From an uncultured Planctomycetota bacterium (GTDB lineage Bacteria > Planctomycetota > Planctomycetia > Isosphaerales > Isosphaeraceae), in assembly GCA_963845755.1 (NCBI GenBank), contig CAWJTV010000024.1, positions 128,001 to 192,000 on the forward strand: 64,000 nucleotides of DNA, written 5' to 3'. Position numbers and translations under genes: made by a program. The notes under the pieces are model-generated. The model made no database searches and was not told the origin of the DNA. It saw nothing but the letters and a program-made list of their open reading frames with translations. Numbering within the stretch: position 1 is the first letter of the stretch; every line of letters begins with the position of its first letter. Of this stretch, positions 47,944 through 57,630 are shown in pieces.

Positions 47944-48432
47944 CTAGCGTTTCGCAGCCTTCGGTCCACGCGCCCCCTTCGCACGAGGGGGCTCGCCTTC
48001 CGGGCCATCGGGCGGGTTCATTGCCATCGCCACTCGTTCCAGCCCCTCGATCAGCGAATCCATCACATCCGGCGGGAAGAGAGACTCCAGCTCCGCCCGA
48101 AGCCGGGCGCTCCGTTCCCATAAGGTTCTCTGCACTTGACGGCCGCGTCTCGTCAGGGACACGCTCCGCGCCCGGCCGTCCTCGGCGTGCCGCTTGCGCC
48201 CGACCAGCCCCCTCGCTTCCAGCCGTGCCAGCATCTGGCTCATCGTGTTCGGGTCCGATCCGGTCCGTCCCACCAGCTCCTTCTGGGTCACCCCTTCTCC
48301 CTCGGCCAGGGACGTGAGCAGGACGAACTGGTCGGCGGTCGGGCCGAGCGGGGCAAGCTCCGCGTTCGTCCGGCGGTGCAGCGCCAGGTAGGCGACTCGG
48401 AGCCGCATCGCGAGTTCGTGTCCGTTGGGCAT
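47944..48432 (-). CDS. MarR-family transcriptional regulator
   Basis: TADQFVLL, TQKELV, MLARLEARGLV.R...EDGRARSVSLT..G. Confidence 0.9.
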   Translation of the reverse strand: MPNGHELAMRLRVAYLALHRRTNAELAPLGPTADQFVLLTSLAEGEGVTQKELVGRTGSDPNTMSQMLARLEARGLVGRKRHAEDGRARSVSLTRRGRQVQRTLWERSARLRAELESLFPPDVMDSLIEGLERVAMAMNPPDGPEGEPPRAKGARGPKAAKR

Positions 48433-48460
48433 GTTCGCTCCTGGTCGAAACGCGGTCGGG

Positions 48461-49633
48461 CTAATTGCGGAAGAGGCGGGGGGCGAAGTCGAGCAGGGCC
48501 CGACGCCACGTCTGCCACTCGTGGGCCGTCCCGGGCGATTCGAAGACGACGACGTGCCTGATGCCGGCGTGATCGAGGCTCTCCTGCATCTTCCTGACGG
48601 CAACGAGGAACCGCTCCTCCTTGGTCCCAGCCCCGAGCCAGAGAAGGCGGACCTTCGCGTGGAAGGCCGCCGGGTCGCTGTAGGCACCGTTGGCCGCCGT
48701 CTTCGCGTCGAATGTGCCGATAGGTGGCGGGCTGAACGCGCCGATGTAGGCGAACCTGTCCGAGTGGGCCGGCGCGATCTGGAGCGTCTGCATCGCGCCC
48801 ATCGAGAGCCCGGCCATGGCGCGGTGCTCGGGGTCGGACATCGTGCGGTAGGTCGCATCGATCTTCGGGATCAGCTCGCCGAGGAGTACCTCCTGGAAGC
48901 CCCGAAAGTTGAACATCGGCGGCCCAGGCCGGGCGCCCTTGGCCGGCGCGGGTGCTGCGCCCGCCTTCGCGGCGTAGCCGTTGTCCATGACGACGATCAT
49001 CGGCACCGCCTTCCGGACGGCGATGAGGTTATCGAGGATGAAGTTCGCCCGGCCCTGGGTCGTCCAGCCCCGTTCGTCTTCGCCGGCCCCGTGCTGGAGG
49101 TAGAGGACCGGATAGCGCTTGCCGGCGTCGGCATCGTAGCCCGGTGGCGTGTAAACGAACGCCCTCCGCGGCGAGCCGGTGACCTTGGAGTGGTACCACA
49201 GGCTCCGCACCTCGCCGTGGGGCACGTCTTTCGCGTCGTAATAGTCCGCGCCCGGCTCGGGCACCTCCACGCCGCTGGTGGGCTTGCCATAGCCGAAGAA
49301 CGTCTCGCTGCCGGGGTCGTTGACCGGGACGCCGTCCACCACGAACCAGTAGTAATGAAAGCCCGGGACGGCCGGCGGTATGGTGATCGTCCAGGTCCCG
49401 TCGTCGGCCCGCTCCATCTCGTAAGGGCCCTTGCCGAGCCCGTTGTCGGCCCCGCCGGGCTGGACCTTGACGCTCTTCGCGTCCGGTGCCCTCAGCCGGA
49501 ACGTGACCCGGTTGTCCGGGTGGATGCGCGGATACCCGGCGCGAGGCACGTTGGACGTCGCCGGCTTGGCGTCGTCGGCCCGCGCTCCGGAGAGGCCGCA
49601 CGCCAGGAGTGCCAGGGCCAGGAGAGTCCTCAT
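48461..49633 (-). CDS. Secreted esterase (CE1-like with CBM48-like domain)
   Basis: VTFRLRAPDA, FVYTPPGY, YPVLYLQHG, AGLSMGA, AHEWQTWRR. Confidence 0.9.
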   Translation of the reverse strand: MRTLLALALLACGLSGARADDAKPATSNVPRAGYPRIHPDNRVTFRLRAPDAKSVKVQPGGADNGLGKGPYEMERADDGTWTITIPPAVPGFHYYWFVVDGVPVNDPGSETFFGYGKPTSGVEVPEPGADYYDAKDVPHGEVRSLWYHSKVTGSPRRAFVYTPPGYDADAGKRYPVLYLQHGAGEDERGWTTQGRANFILDNLIAVRKAVPMIVVMDNGYAAKAGAAPAPAKGARPGPPMFNFRGFQEVLLGELIPKIDATYRTMSDPEHRAMAGLSMGAMQTLQIAPAHSDRFAYIGAFSPPPIGTFDAKTAANGAYSDPAAFHAKVRLLWLGAGTKEERFLVAVRKMQESLDHAGIRHVVVFESPGTAHEWQTWRRALLDFAPRLFRN

Positions 49634-49712
49634 CCGATGCTCCCTTCCTCGCTCGGTGTCGGTGGGCCGCCTACGGCACGTCGGTCTCATGAGAAACCGA
49701 GCCTGGCGATAT

Positions 49713-49730
49713 TAGTACGGTGTCGTACTA
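49713..49730. promoter_or_regulatory. MarR operator candidate (7-4-7 inverted repeat)
   Basis: TAGTACG-GTGT-CGTACTA about 80 bp upstream of the esterase-marR-esterase operon. Confidence 0.65.
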
Positions 49731-49809
49731 TACGAGATCGCCGTCGAGATAGCACCGGGGAGCCGAAAAAGCGAAGAAGTCTGGCGATGTTCCCTGGTCG
49801 AATACACTT

Positions 49810-52011
49810 CTATGGCAGGTACGCTTGGAACTTTGCCTGGAAATTGTAACGGTCGTTGGGGGCGGCATCACCGTTCAGGGTGAAGTCCGACCAGTCGCCG
49901 GTCTGCTGGGGGTTGTCGGCCCATTTGAAGTCGATCGCGGCCGGGAGGGTGGTGAGGCCGAGCGTCGCGCGGGGGATGGCGAGCTCGATCGCGTTATCCG
50001 CGGTCTTGAACGGAATCTCGACGGGCGAGCCCCATTCGAACTTCCCGCCGATGTTCCGTTCGAGGGTCGTTCGGGAGGAGTCGCGGATCATCCGGTTGAC
50101 CACGAAGTCAAAGCCGAGCCAGCCGGTCTTCGGGTTCTGGTCTGCGTCGATGAACAAGAGCATCCAGTTCGGATCCGCGGGGCTGGTCAACTTGTCCTTC
50201 GTCCGAACGAAGAAGAAGACGGCCCGTGCGTCGAGGCTGATCTTCGCGGCCACGATGTCATTGCGACCCGTCGTGTTGACGTAGTGCAGGCGTGTGCCCC
50301 ATCCCGGCTGATCGCGGTGAACGGGGTCGCCGATGGTGTCGCGGAATTCCGGCTGGACGCGGGCCCAATCGTCGAAGCGGCCGTCGATCGTGATCGGCCG
50401 AGGCTCGACCGGCGGAATCGGGCGTGCCCCCTTGTAGCGCCGGATGTTCGCCGCCATCTGGTAGACGTAGTTGTCGCCGTGGCCTCCCCTCATCGGCTCG
50501 ACATCGCGACTGAACTCCGCGTTGAACTCGTCGACGAACGTCACCGGCCCGCTGCCGTAGAGCGGCATGTGGGCCGGGGTGAATCGGCCCGCGATCCATT
50601 CGTTCCAGTTGGTGACGAAGACGAATGCCGGATCGATCTCCAGCGCCCGCCGCCACTGCTCGGCGAAATTCCGGCCGGAGCCGTCCCGCCCTTCGGGGCC
50701 GGGCTCCTTGCCGTCGTGGAAACTGCGGCCGTGAGCGCCGGGGTGAGTGAACACGCTCAGCTTACCATCCGCCGCGTTCTGCGCGACCCCGACGGGGACC
50801 TCCTCGGGGATGCCCGGTACCTTGTAGAAGGCGTGCTGGGGGTAGACCTCGAGCCAACCCCACTGGCGGAGGCCGGTCGGTCCGACGAAGTAGTCCGGTT
50901 GGGGCTTACGGAAGGTGAAAAAGCGGCGGATCTGATCGGTTTGGTCGTCGATCAGCTCGATTCGCAAGGTCCGTGCACCCTCAACGACCGCACCGTCAGC
51001 AAGAGCTTGACCCGACGCGGATCGGTCGCGGCCTGAAGGGCCGCTCCACCAGCCCACTTTGCCCTTGGGATTGGACATTTCCAGGTCATATGTACCGGCC
51101 GGCTGCGCGGGATTGGACTCGAGCGCGAGCCAGGCGTTATCCTCGAAACTTTCGAAGCGTCGCGAGGCGACCTGCTCGCGTTTCACGCCGTGCCTCCAGA
51201 GCGAGAGGGTGACGGCCGAATCGCGATGCGCCCAGGTCGGAGCCGCGGCCCCGACGGCGCGGAACGGCCGATCCACCGTGAACGTCTGCCCGAGCGTATG
51301 ACCCGTCGCCAGTTCGACGGGAGTGGTGCGACGACCCTGCTCGATGCCCGCGCCGAGCCGTTCGGGGTCGGCGAGAATCAAGGGCTTTCCCTCCCAGCGG
51401 AACCAGAGATCCTCATGAAGACGCCGGTTATAGAGATCCTCCCAGAGCTCTCGCACGACCTTCCGGGGTTCCCCGAAGGGGCAGAGGAAGGCGATCTGCG
51501 GCACCCGATTCCCCTCGCGCTTCACCCGGTCGAAGACGCGGCAGAGCGTTTTCCAGGTTTGAGGATATGTGATTTGATTGGTGACGTCGAAGACGATCAT
51601 GTTGACACCGGCGTCGGTCAACATCTGGGCGTGCTTGCGTAGGACGCTCTCATCGTCCGATCGGTAGTAGCCGAAGATGGACTCGCCCCAGTGATGCGGG
51701 ACGAACGCGGGTCCCCACAGCGGACTATTCGGGTTGCGGATTGCGGTCGGGTCCTTGACGAGGATCCTGGCGATGTCGAACGGTCCCGCGTCGCCGGCCT
51801 GGCCGAGCCAGAGGAAGTAAAAGACACCGACGAACTTGTTCGTCCGAGGAGGCCCGACCTTCTCAGCCAGGGGCAGACTTCGTCCGAGTGCATCGGTCGC
51901 GACCCAGGTATCACTGCGGATGTCCCGCGGTTCGTCGGCGTGCCCGGTCCCGGCCAGAACAACCGAAGTCATGATCGTGAGCCAAAGCTTCTGAGTTCGA
52001 CGATTGCCCAT
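49810..52011 (-). CDS. Secreted putative glycoside hydrolase (GH99/GH71-like barrel plus beta-sandwich domains)
   Basis: VGVFYFLW, HHWGE..FGYY.SDD..VLRKHA.ML.DAGV, WEGKPLI, FVTNWNEW, FSRDVEP. Confidence 0.6.
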   Translation of the reverse strand: MGNRRTQKLWLTIMTSVVLAGTGHADEPRDIRSDTWVATDALGRSLPLAEKVGPPRTNKFVGVFYFLWLGQAGDAGPFDIARILVKDPTAIRNPNSPLWGPAFVPHHWGESIFGYYRSDDESVLRKHAQMLTDAGVNMIVFDVTNQITYPQTWKTLCRVFDRVKREGNRVPQIAFLCPFGEPRKVVRELWEDLYNRRLHEDLWFRWEGKPLILADPERLGAGIEQGRRTTPVELATGHTLGQTFTVDRPFRAVGAAAPTWAHRDSAVTLSLWRHGVKREQVASRRFESFEDNAWLALESNPAQPAGTYDLEMSNPKGKVGWWSGPSGRDRSASGQALADGAVVEGARTLRIELIDDQTDQIRRFFTFRKPQPDYFVGPTGLRQWGWLEVYPQHAFYKVPGIPEEVPVGVAQNAADGKLSVFTHPGAHGRSFHDGKEPGPEGRDGSGRNFAEQWRRALEIDPAFVFVTNWNEWIAGRFTPAHMPLYGSGPVTFVDEFNAEFSRDVEPMRGGHGDNYVYQMAANIRRYKGARPIPPVEPRPITIDGRFDDWARVQPEFRDTIGDPVHRDQPGWGTRLHYVNTTGRNDIVAAKISLDARAVFFFVRTKDKLTSPADPNWMLLFIDADQNPKTGWLGFDFVVNRMIRDSSRTTLERNIGGKFEWGSPVEIPFKTADNAIELAIPRATLGLTTLPAAIDFKWADNPQQTGDWSDFTLNGDAAPNDRYNFQAKFQAYLP

Positions 52012-52121
52012 GCGGACGTCCCCTCTCGCTGGATGCCTTATCCTACCCAACGGGGCCGGTGGTGTCTCCACGCTCCAGCGCCGCAACACCGGAAGAATCG
52101 CGGTGAAGGCGACCTAGGAGT

Positions 52122-52940
52122 TCAGACATAGAAGTCGCGGAGCAGACGGGCGGCTGTTTCATCGAGCTGGTCGGAACGGCGGAGCTCTTCGAACTTCTCG
52201 AGCAGGTCGTGGGGGCGGAGGCGGTGTTTCGCGGCGCCCGAGACGTCGAAGATCAAGCGGCCCTGGTGGGCCATGATCAGCCGATCGCCGAGCGAGGCGG
52301 CGTGGGCCATCGAGTGGGTGACCATCAGGGTGGTGAGATGCTCGCGGCGGACGACCTGGTCGGTGAGCCGGATGACCTGCTCGGCGCTCTTGGGGTCGAG
52401 GGCCGCGGTGTGCTCGTCGAGCAACAGCAGCTCGGGGCGCCGGTAGGTGGCCATGAGCAGGGTCAGCGCCTGGCGCTGGCCGCCGGAGAGGCTGCCGATC
52501 GGGTTGTCGAGCCGGTCTTCCAGGCCCATCCCGAGCGGTCTGAGCCGGTTGCGGAAATCATCGACCTTGCTCCGGGACACCGCCCGGCCGAGGCCGCGGG
52601 GAAGGCCCCGCCGGGCGGCCAGGGCGAGATTCTCGGCGATCGAGAGCGATGGCGAGGTGCCGGCCAGCGGGTCCTGAAAGACCCGGCCGATCAGCCGGGC
52701 GCGGCGGTGCTCCGGCCAGTGGGTGATCTCCCGGCCGGCCAGGCGGATCGTACCGGCGTCGACCCGGAACGATCCGGCGACCGAGTTCAGCGTCGTGCTC
52801 TTGCCCGAGCCGTTGGTCCCGATCACGACGACGAAGCTCCCCGGCTCGACCGTCAGGTCGACGCCCCGCAGGGCGCGGACCTCGTCGGTAGTACCGGGAT
52901 TGAATGTCTTGCATACCCCGCGAAGCTCGAGCATCGCCAT
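52122..52940 (-). CDS. ABC transporter ATP-binding protein
   Basis: GTNGSGKST, LSGGQRQ, LLLLDEHTAALDP, MVTH. Confidence 0.95.
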   Translation of the reverse strand: MAMLELRGVCKTFNPGTTDEVRALRGVDLTVEPGSFVVVIGTNGSGKSTTLNSVAGSFRVDAGTIRLAGREITHWPEHRRARLIGRVFQDPLAGTSPSLSIAENLALAARRGLPRGLGRAVSRSKVDDFRNRLRPLGMGLEDRLDNPIGSLSGGQRQALTLLMATYRRPELLLLDEHTAALDPKSAEQVIRLTDQVVRREHLTTLMVTHSMAHAASLGDRLIMAHQGRLIFDVSGAAKHRLRPHDLLEKFEELRRSDQLDETAARLLRDFYV

Positions 52941-52942
52941 GA

Positions 52943-53890
52943 TCAGACCCCCCCAGACGGTACGGCTCCGGGCCTGGGCCGGGTCCGGCCGGCGAACAGC
53001 TTGGGCAGTACGAGGGCCGCGAACACGAAGGCGGCCGTGATCAGTTTCAGGTCGTTCGGGTCCAGCCCCCAGCGCAGCGCCAGGGCCACCATCAGCCGGA
53101 ACAGGAGTGACCCGAGTACGGCGCCGGAGATCGACAGGCCCAGGCCGCCGCTGCCGACCAGGGCCTGGCCCAGGATGACGCTCGCCAGGCCCCAGACGAT
53201 CATGCCGATGCCCATCTGGATGTCGGCGAACCCCTGGTACTGCGCCAGGATCGCGCCGGAGAGCGCGACCAGCGCATTGGACATCATCAGCCCGAGGGTG
53301 ATCATCCGGCCCACGTCGACGCCGAGGGCCCGGATCATCCGGGGGTTGTCTCCGGTCGCCCGCATCGCGGTCCCGAGACTCGTCCTCAGGAAGGCGCGGA
53401 GCGCCCAGGCGAGGGCGGCGACGAGGAGTCCGGTCGCGGCCAGGTTGACCGCGTCGCGGAACCGGACCTCCCGGCCGAGGAGGCGGACGGTCTCGACCGG
53501 GCCCGACATCTTCGTGAGGGTGTCCACGAGGTCGGTGCCGATGGTCCGGGCGTCGAGGAGCGGGATGTTACTCCGCCCCATGACGTGGAGGTTGACCGAG
53601 TAGAGGGCGGTGGCGACGAGGATGCCGGCGAGCAGCCCGTTGATCCGGAACCGGGTGTGCAGGACGCCCGTCGTCCCCCCGGCGAGGGCGCCGGCGAGCA
53701 TCGCGGCGGCGGTGGCCGTCCAGGGGGCATAGCCCCGGACGATCAGGGCCGCGGCGACCGCCGCCCCGAGCGTCAACGACCCATCGGCCGTAATGTCGGG
53801 GAATGCGAAGATCCGGAAGCTGATGAACACCCCGAGCGCCAGCAGCGCCAGGATCAGCCCGACCGTCCACGATCCGATGAGCAGCGTCAT
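52943..53890 (-). CDS. ABC transporter permease
   Basis: Hydrophobic, with FPDITADGS, G.AMRATGDN and QYQGFADIQMG.G motifs. Confidence 0.92.
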   Translation of the reverse strand: MTLLIGSWTVGLILALLALGVFISFRIFAFPDITADGSLTLGAAVAAALIVRGYAPWTATAAAMLAGALAGGTTGVLHTRFRINGLLAGILVATALYSVNLHVMGRSNIPLLDARTIGTDLVDTLTKMSGPVETVRLLGREVRFRDAVNLAATGLLVAALAWALRAFLRTSLGTAMRATGDNPRMIRALGVDVGRMITLGLMMSNALVALSGAILAQYQGFADIQMGIGMIVWGLASVILGQALVGSGGLGLSISGAVLGSLLFRLMVALALRWGLDPNDLKLITAAFVFAALVLPKLFAGRTRPRPGAVPSGGV

Positions 53891-55153
53891 GACAACTCCG
53901 TCCCTCCTTCGGCTGCCAGAGGGACGTACCAGATGACCCCCCGGGTGAACGTGCTCTCACCAGCCCCGAGGATCGGCCGCGCGTCGCCGAGCAGGTGGAG
54001 GATAGTCTCGATCCGGCCGGGCTCGAACAGGTGCGAGACCGTCGCCGCCAGCTCGACCGCGCCGCTGGGAAGAGGCCGGTAAGGGATCACCGCCGCGTGG
54101 AAGTGGCCCTGGAGTTCCGGCGCCGACGCTCCCGAGAGCGGCCGGACGAACGGCTGCCAGCGCCGGGCCGGCCTGCCGGGTCGCCACCCCGACGACCAGG
54201 GCCGTGCTCCGGGCGTGCTCGGGCTCCGGTGTGAGCGAGAGCCAGTCGCGCACGTCGGGGTGGGCGAATGGGTCGAGCCGGTCGGGGAAACCGACCGGTG
54301 ACCGCCTCAGCGCCGCGCCGACCAGCCCGTCGGTCTCGCCGGCAAGCACGACGCCCACCACGTCGCTCCCGGCCTGGTCCAGACAGGCCGCGGCGATCTG
54401 GCTCAGAGGGACGGAGGCCCTGCCGGGGTCCCCCTTCGCCTCGAAGCGGACCAAGGCCGCCCGTTCCACCGGGAACGCCAGCCCGTAGAGGAGGCGCACC
54501 CCGGGAACGAACGCGCCGGCCGCGTGCTCGAAGTCGGGCCGCCCCGGCCCCGCGCTCGGCCGGTAGGCCGCGACACCCGCGATGGCCAGGAACTCCCCGA
54601 ATCGTTCGCGGCAGGCTTCGAAGGTCGGGCCCAAGGCGCCCAGGCCGAAGGCCACCGACCCCGGGACCGCCATCCAGGTCCGCTCGTCCTGCGCGTCGTA
54701 TCCGCGCCCGGGGAGCCGCGCAGGGTCGCCGATCAGTTCGAGGCGCTCGGTCCCGCCACCGCTGGTTTTCGGGAAGACTTGCAGGGTCATGCCGTCCCGC
54801 TCGACCGCCTCGCAACGGGCCGCCGGCCTCGCCCCGGGTGCCGGGGGCGGCCCATCGTCGTGGAGGATCCGGGAGACGCCGGTCAGCCGGAGCACCTGGC
54901 TGACCGCTTCGGAGTCGGCCACGATCCGGAGTCGGCCGCCGATCTTCCGCAATTGTTGGTGGTAGCCGAGCAGGAGGGCGATCCCGTTGGAGCTGAGGTA
55001 GGTGACGCCCGCCATGTCGAGCCGGACGTCCCGTGCCCCGCTCCGAATCACCTCGTCGATCCGGTCGGCGAGGTACGACGACCAGGACGAGTCGAGACTC
55101 CCGACGAGGACCAATTCGGCGACACCATCGGCGCGGCGAATCTGGCAGTCCAT
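53887..55153 (-). CDS. STAS (anti-sigma antagonist-like) domain fused to an uncharacterised about 300-aa domain; frameshift near 54150
   Basis: LVGSLD, LDMAGVTYLSSNGIALL, VSQVLRLTG. ORF 53887-54090 supplies the C-terminus with an ATGA overlap to the permease. Confidence 0.78.
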
Positions 55154-55163
55154 GGCGCATCCT

Positions 55164-57185
55164 CTATGGCGTCGCGAGTCGGGCCGGAATCACCTCGTCG
55201 GCCGTCTTGACCCATTCGGTGGGGACCGAGACCCCGAGCCGCCGGGCGTTGTCAAGGTTGACCGAGCGGCTGATCTTGGTCGTGGCGTGGAACGGGAGCC
55301 GTGACGGGTCCTTGCCGCGGATCACCTCGGCGACGAGCAGGCCGGCCTCGCGGCCGTTCTCCGCGAAGTCGGTCCCCACGCCGAGCACAGCCCCTCCCTT
55401 CACGAGCGACGGCGAGAACGTGAAGAGCGGCGTCTTCGTCATCTCGCACGCGCGGGCGATTGCCGGGAACGACGAGTTACTCAGGTTGTCCGCGATCTGG
55501 CAGAGGACGTCGACCCCCGACTGGCAGAGCGTGAGGGCCGCGTCGCTCACATCAGTCGGGCCGTTGACCGGCAGGCTCACCAGCTCGAGCCCTTCACGCT
55601 TGAGCGGCTCCTCGAATCCTTGCCGGCCCAGGACCGAGTTGACCTCACCGGGCGTGAACAGGGTGCCGACCCGGCGGGCCCTCGGCAAGACCTCGCGGAC
55701 CGTCCGGGCCATCGCGGCGTAGGGGTACGCGAGATAGACGCCGCTCACGTCCGGCCGGTGGTCCGAGTCCGACTTTCCCGCACCCGCGGCGATGGGATCG
55801 AGCACGCCGGCAAAGACGACCGGCTTCCGATCCAGCTTCCGGAGCGCGGCCTGCAACGTCGGCGTGGAGATGCTGACGACCAGGTCGGTCTCGCTGCCGT
55901 TCAGCTCGTCGACCAGGGCGTTGAGCGTGGCGATATCCCCCTGTGCGTTGCGGTAGGTCGTCGTGTAGTCTTTTCCCTCGACGAGGCCAGCCTCCTTGAG
56001 ACCTCGCCGGAACCCCCCGAGCACGTCCTCCAGGATGGGCGATTCGCTGTACCCGGCCAGGCCGAGCTTCCAGGTCCGCGACGGCCGCCGCGCCTCGGGC
56101 GCCCGCGCGGCGATCTCCTCCCGTGGGTGGCGCCGGACCGGCCCCCCCTTTTCGACCACGACGTCGGCCTTGGCGTCGATCTCGGGAGGGACAGACCAGC
56201 CCCCGGTTTGCGCCGCGAGCGCGGGCCGGTTGATCCAGAACTCGGGCGGGACTTCGTAGAGGATCGGCATGTCCGCGGGCGACTCGCCGTCCAGCACGCG
56301 AGCGGCCAGCCGACCGACCGACTCGCCGACCCGGTGATAATCCGCCCCAAGGTCGAACAAGGCCCCCCGCGAGGCGGACCCGGGGATGCTCGTGAATACC
56401 GGCACGCCCGCCGCTCGCGCCGGGCCGATCACGGCGTCGAGCGAGGTGAGCACCGTGTTGTCGCCCCCGACCCAGATCGCCTCGACCCCGCGACCGACGA
56501 GCGAGGCGACCGCTTCCCGGACGGCCGCCGAGCCATCGACGTTCGCCTCCAACAGTTCGATCCCCAGCTCCTTGCAGACCGTCCGGGCAAGCTTTGTGCA
56601 CGCTTCCGAATTCGCCTCCGACGGATTCCAGGCGACCCCGACCCTCGCCAGTCGCGGGGCGAGCTGCCGGGCCATCCGGAAACCCTCGGCCACCGGCTGC
56701 ATCGTCCCGAGGCCGACCATGTAGGGGGGGTGCTTCCTCGGGTCGTCCCGGGCGATGCCGACGCCGGCCACGACCGGGTCGCTCACCATCCCGAAGACGT
56801 GCGGGCGTTTCGCGTCCCGGTTGGCCCCGGCCACCGCCTGGAGGCTGGGCGTCGACAGGGTAATGACCAGCTCGTCGTCCCCCCCGACGATCGCCCGGGC
56901 GATCGTATTCGCGGTCGCGGCGTCCCCCTCGGCGCTGTAGCGGCGGACCCGGAGCGTCCGGCCTTCCTGGTATCCCGACTGCGCCAGTCCCGCCAGCACG
57001 CCTCGGACCCCCTCCTCCATGGTCGCCTGCGAGACGTGCTGGAACAACGCGACCGAGCGGATCCTCCCGGGCGACCCCGTCCCTGCCTCGCCGCGCGGGC
57101 GCTCGCGGTCGGTCAGGAGCAACACGGCCGACGCCACCACGATCAAGGAGGAGGCGAGCCATAACCGAAGGAAACTCTTGATCAT
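55164..57185 (-). CDS. ABC substrate-binding protein with two tandem ABC_sub_bind-type domains
   Basis: Two homologous halves (AEGDAAT..ITLSTPSLQA..VFGMVSDP / AQGDIAT..SISTPTLQA..VFAGVLDP) and an N-terminal membrane anchor. Confidence 0.88.
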   Translation of the reverse strand: MIKSFLRLWLASSLIVVASAVLLLTDRERPRGEAGTGSPGRIRSVALFQHVSQATMEEGVRGVLAGLAQSGYQEGRTLRVRRYSAEGDAATANTIARAIVGGDDELVITLSTPSLQAVAGANRDAKRPHVFGMVSDPVVAGVGIARDDPRKHPPYMVGLGTMQPVAEGFRMARQLAPRLARVGVAWNPSEANSEACTKLARTVCKELGIELLEANVDGSAAVREAVASLVGRGVEAIWVGGDNTVLTSLDAVIGPARAAGVPVFTSIPGSASRGALFDLGADYHRVGESVGRLAARVLDGESPADMPILYEVPPEFWINRPALAAQTGGWSVPPEIDAKADVVVEKGGPVRRHPREEIAARAPEARRPSRTWKLGLAGYSESPILEDVLGGFRRGLKEAGLVEGKDYTTTYRNAQGDIATLNALVDELNGSETDLVVSISTPTLQAALRKLDRKPVVFAGVLDPIAAGAGKSDSDHRPDVSGVYLAYPYAAMARTVREVLPRARRVGTLFTPGEVNSVLGRQGFEEPLKREGLELVSLPVNGPTDVSDAALTLCQSGVDVLCQIADNLSNSSFPAIARACEMTKTPLFTFSPSLVKGGAVLGVGTDFAENGREAGLLVAEVIRGKDPSRLPFHATTKISRSVNLDNARRLGVSVPTEWVKTADEVIPARLATP

Positions 57186-57339
57186 CCACGAGTCCGGGCG
57201 TGGGGAGGACGTACACCATTGCGGAGGCAGGGGATGGGCTCGGTCACGACGCCGGCCACGTCCACGTCAAATTAGATAGCAACCCTGCGTCATTGTCCAG
57301 TCGCGGGCTCCCCGAGGGCGGAACCGGACAGGGACCTCA

Positions 57340-57543
57340 TCAAGGCTGCGTCTGGGTGCTCGTTGCCTGTCTGAGCGGTCGCACGACTGTATCGGTTTTT
57401 CCCGTCTGTTTGACCGGCCGCCACACGGCATAATGCGCCGGTCGAGGGACCGACCTGGCCCTTTCGATCTGCATCCCGACCCAAATCGACAGGGCGATGA
57501 CCGCGATCAAGGCTATGATCGAGCGTAGGCGATACTGTCGCAT
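57340..57543 (-). CDS. Small membrane-anchored hypothetical protein
   Basis: MRQYRLRSIIALIAVIALSIWVG N-terminus of a type common in small planctomycete proteins. Confidence 0.5.
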   Translation of the reverse strand: MRQYRLRSIIALIAVIALSIWVGMQIERARSVPRPAHYAVWRPVKQTGKTDTVVRPLRQATSTQTQP

Positions 57544-57630
57544 CGTTCATCCCGGCTGAGATTGCAAGAAGGCCGATCGGGGACGACTCCCGCGACCGGC
57601 CCTCGATTCGCGATCGGGTGGATTCCGGCT

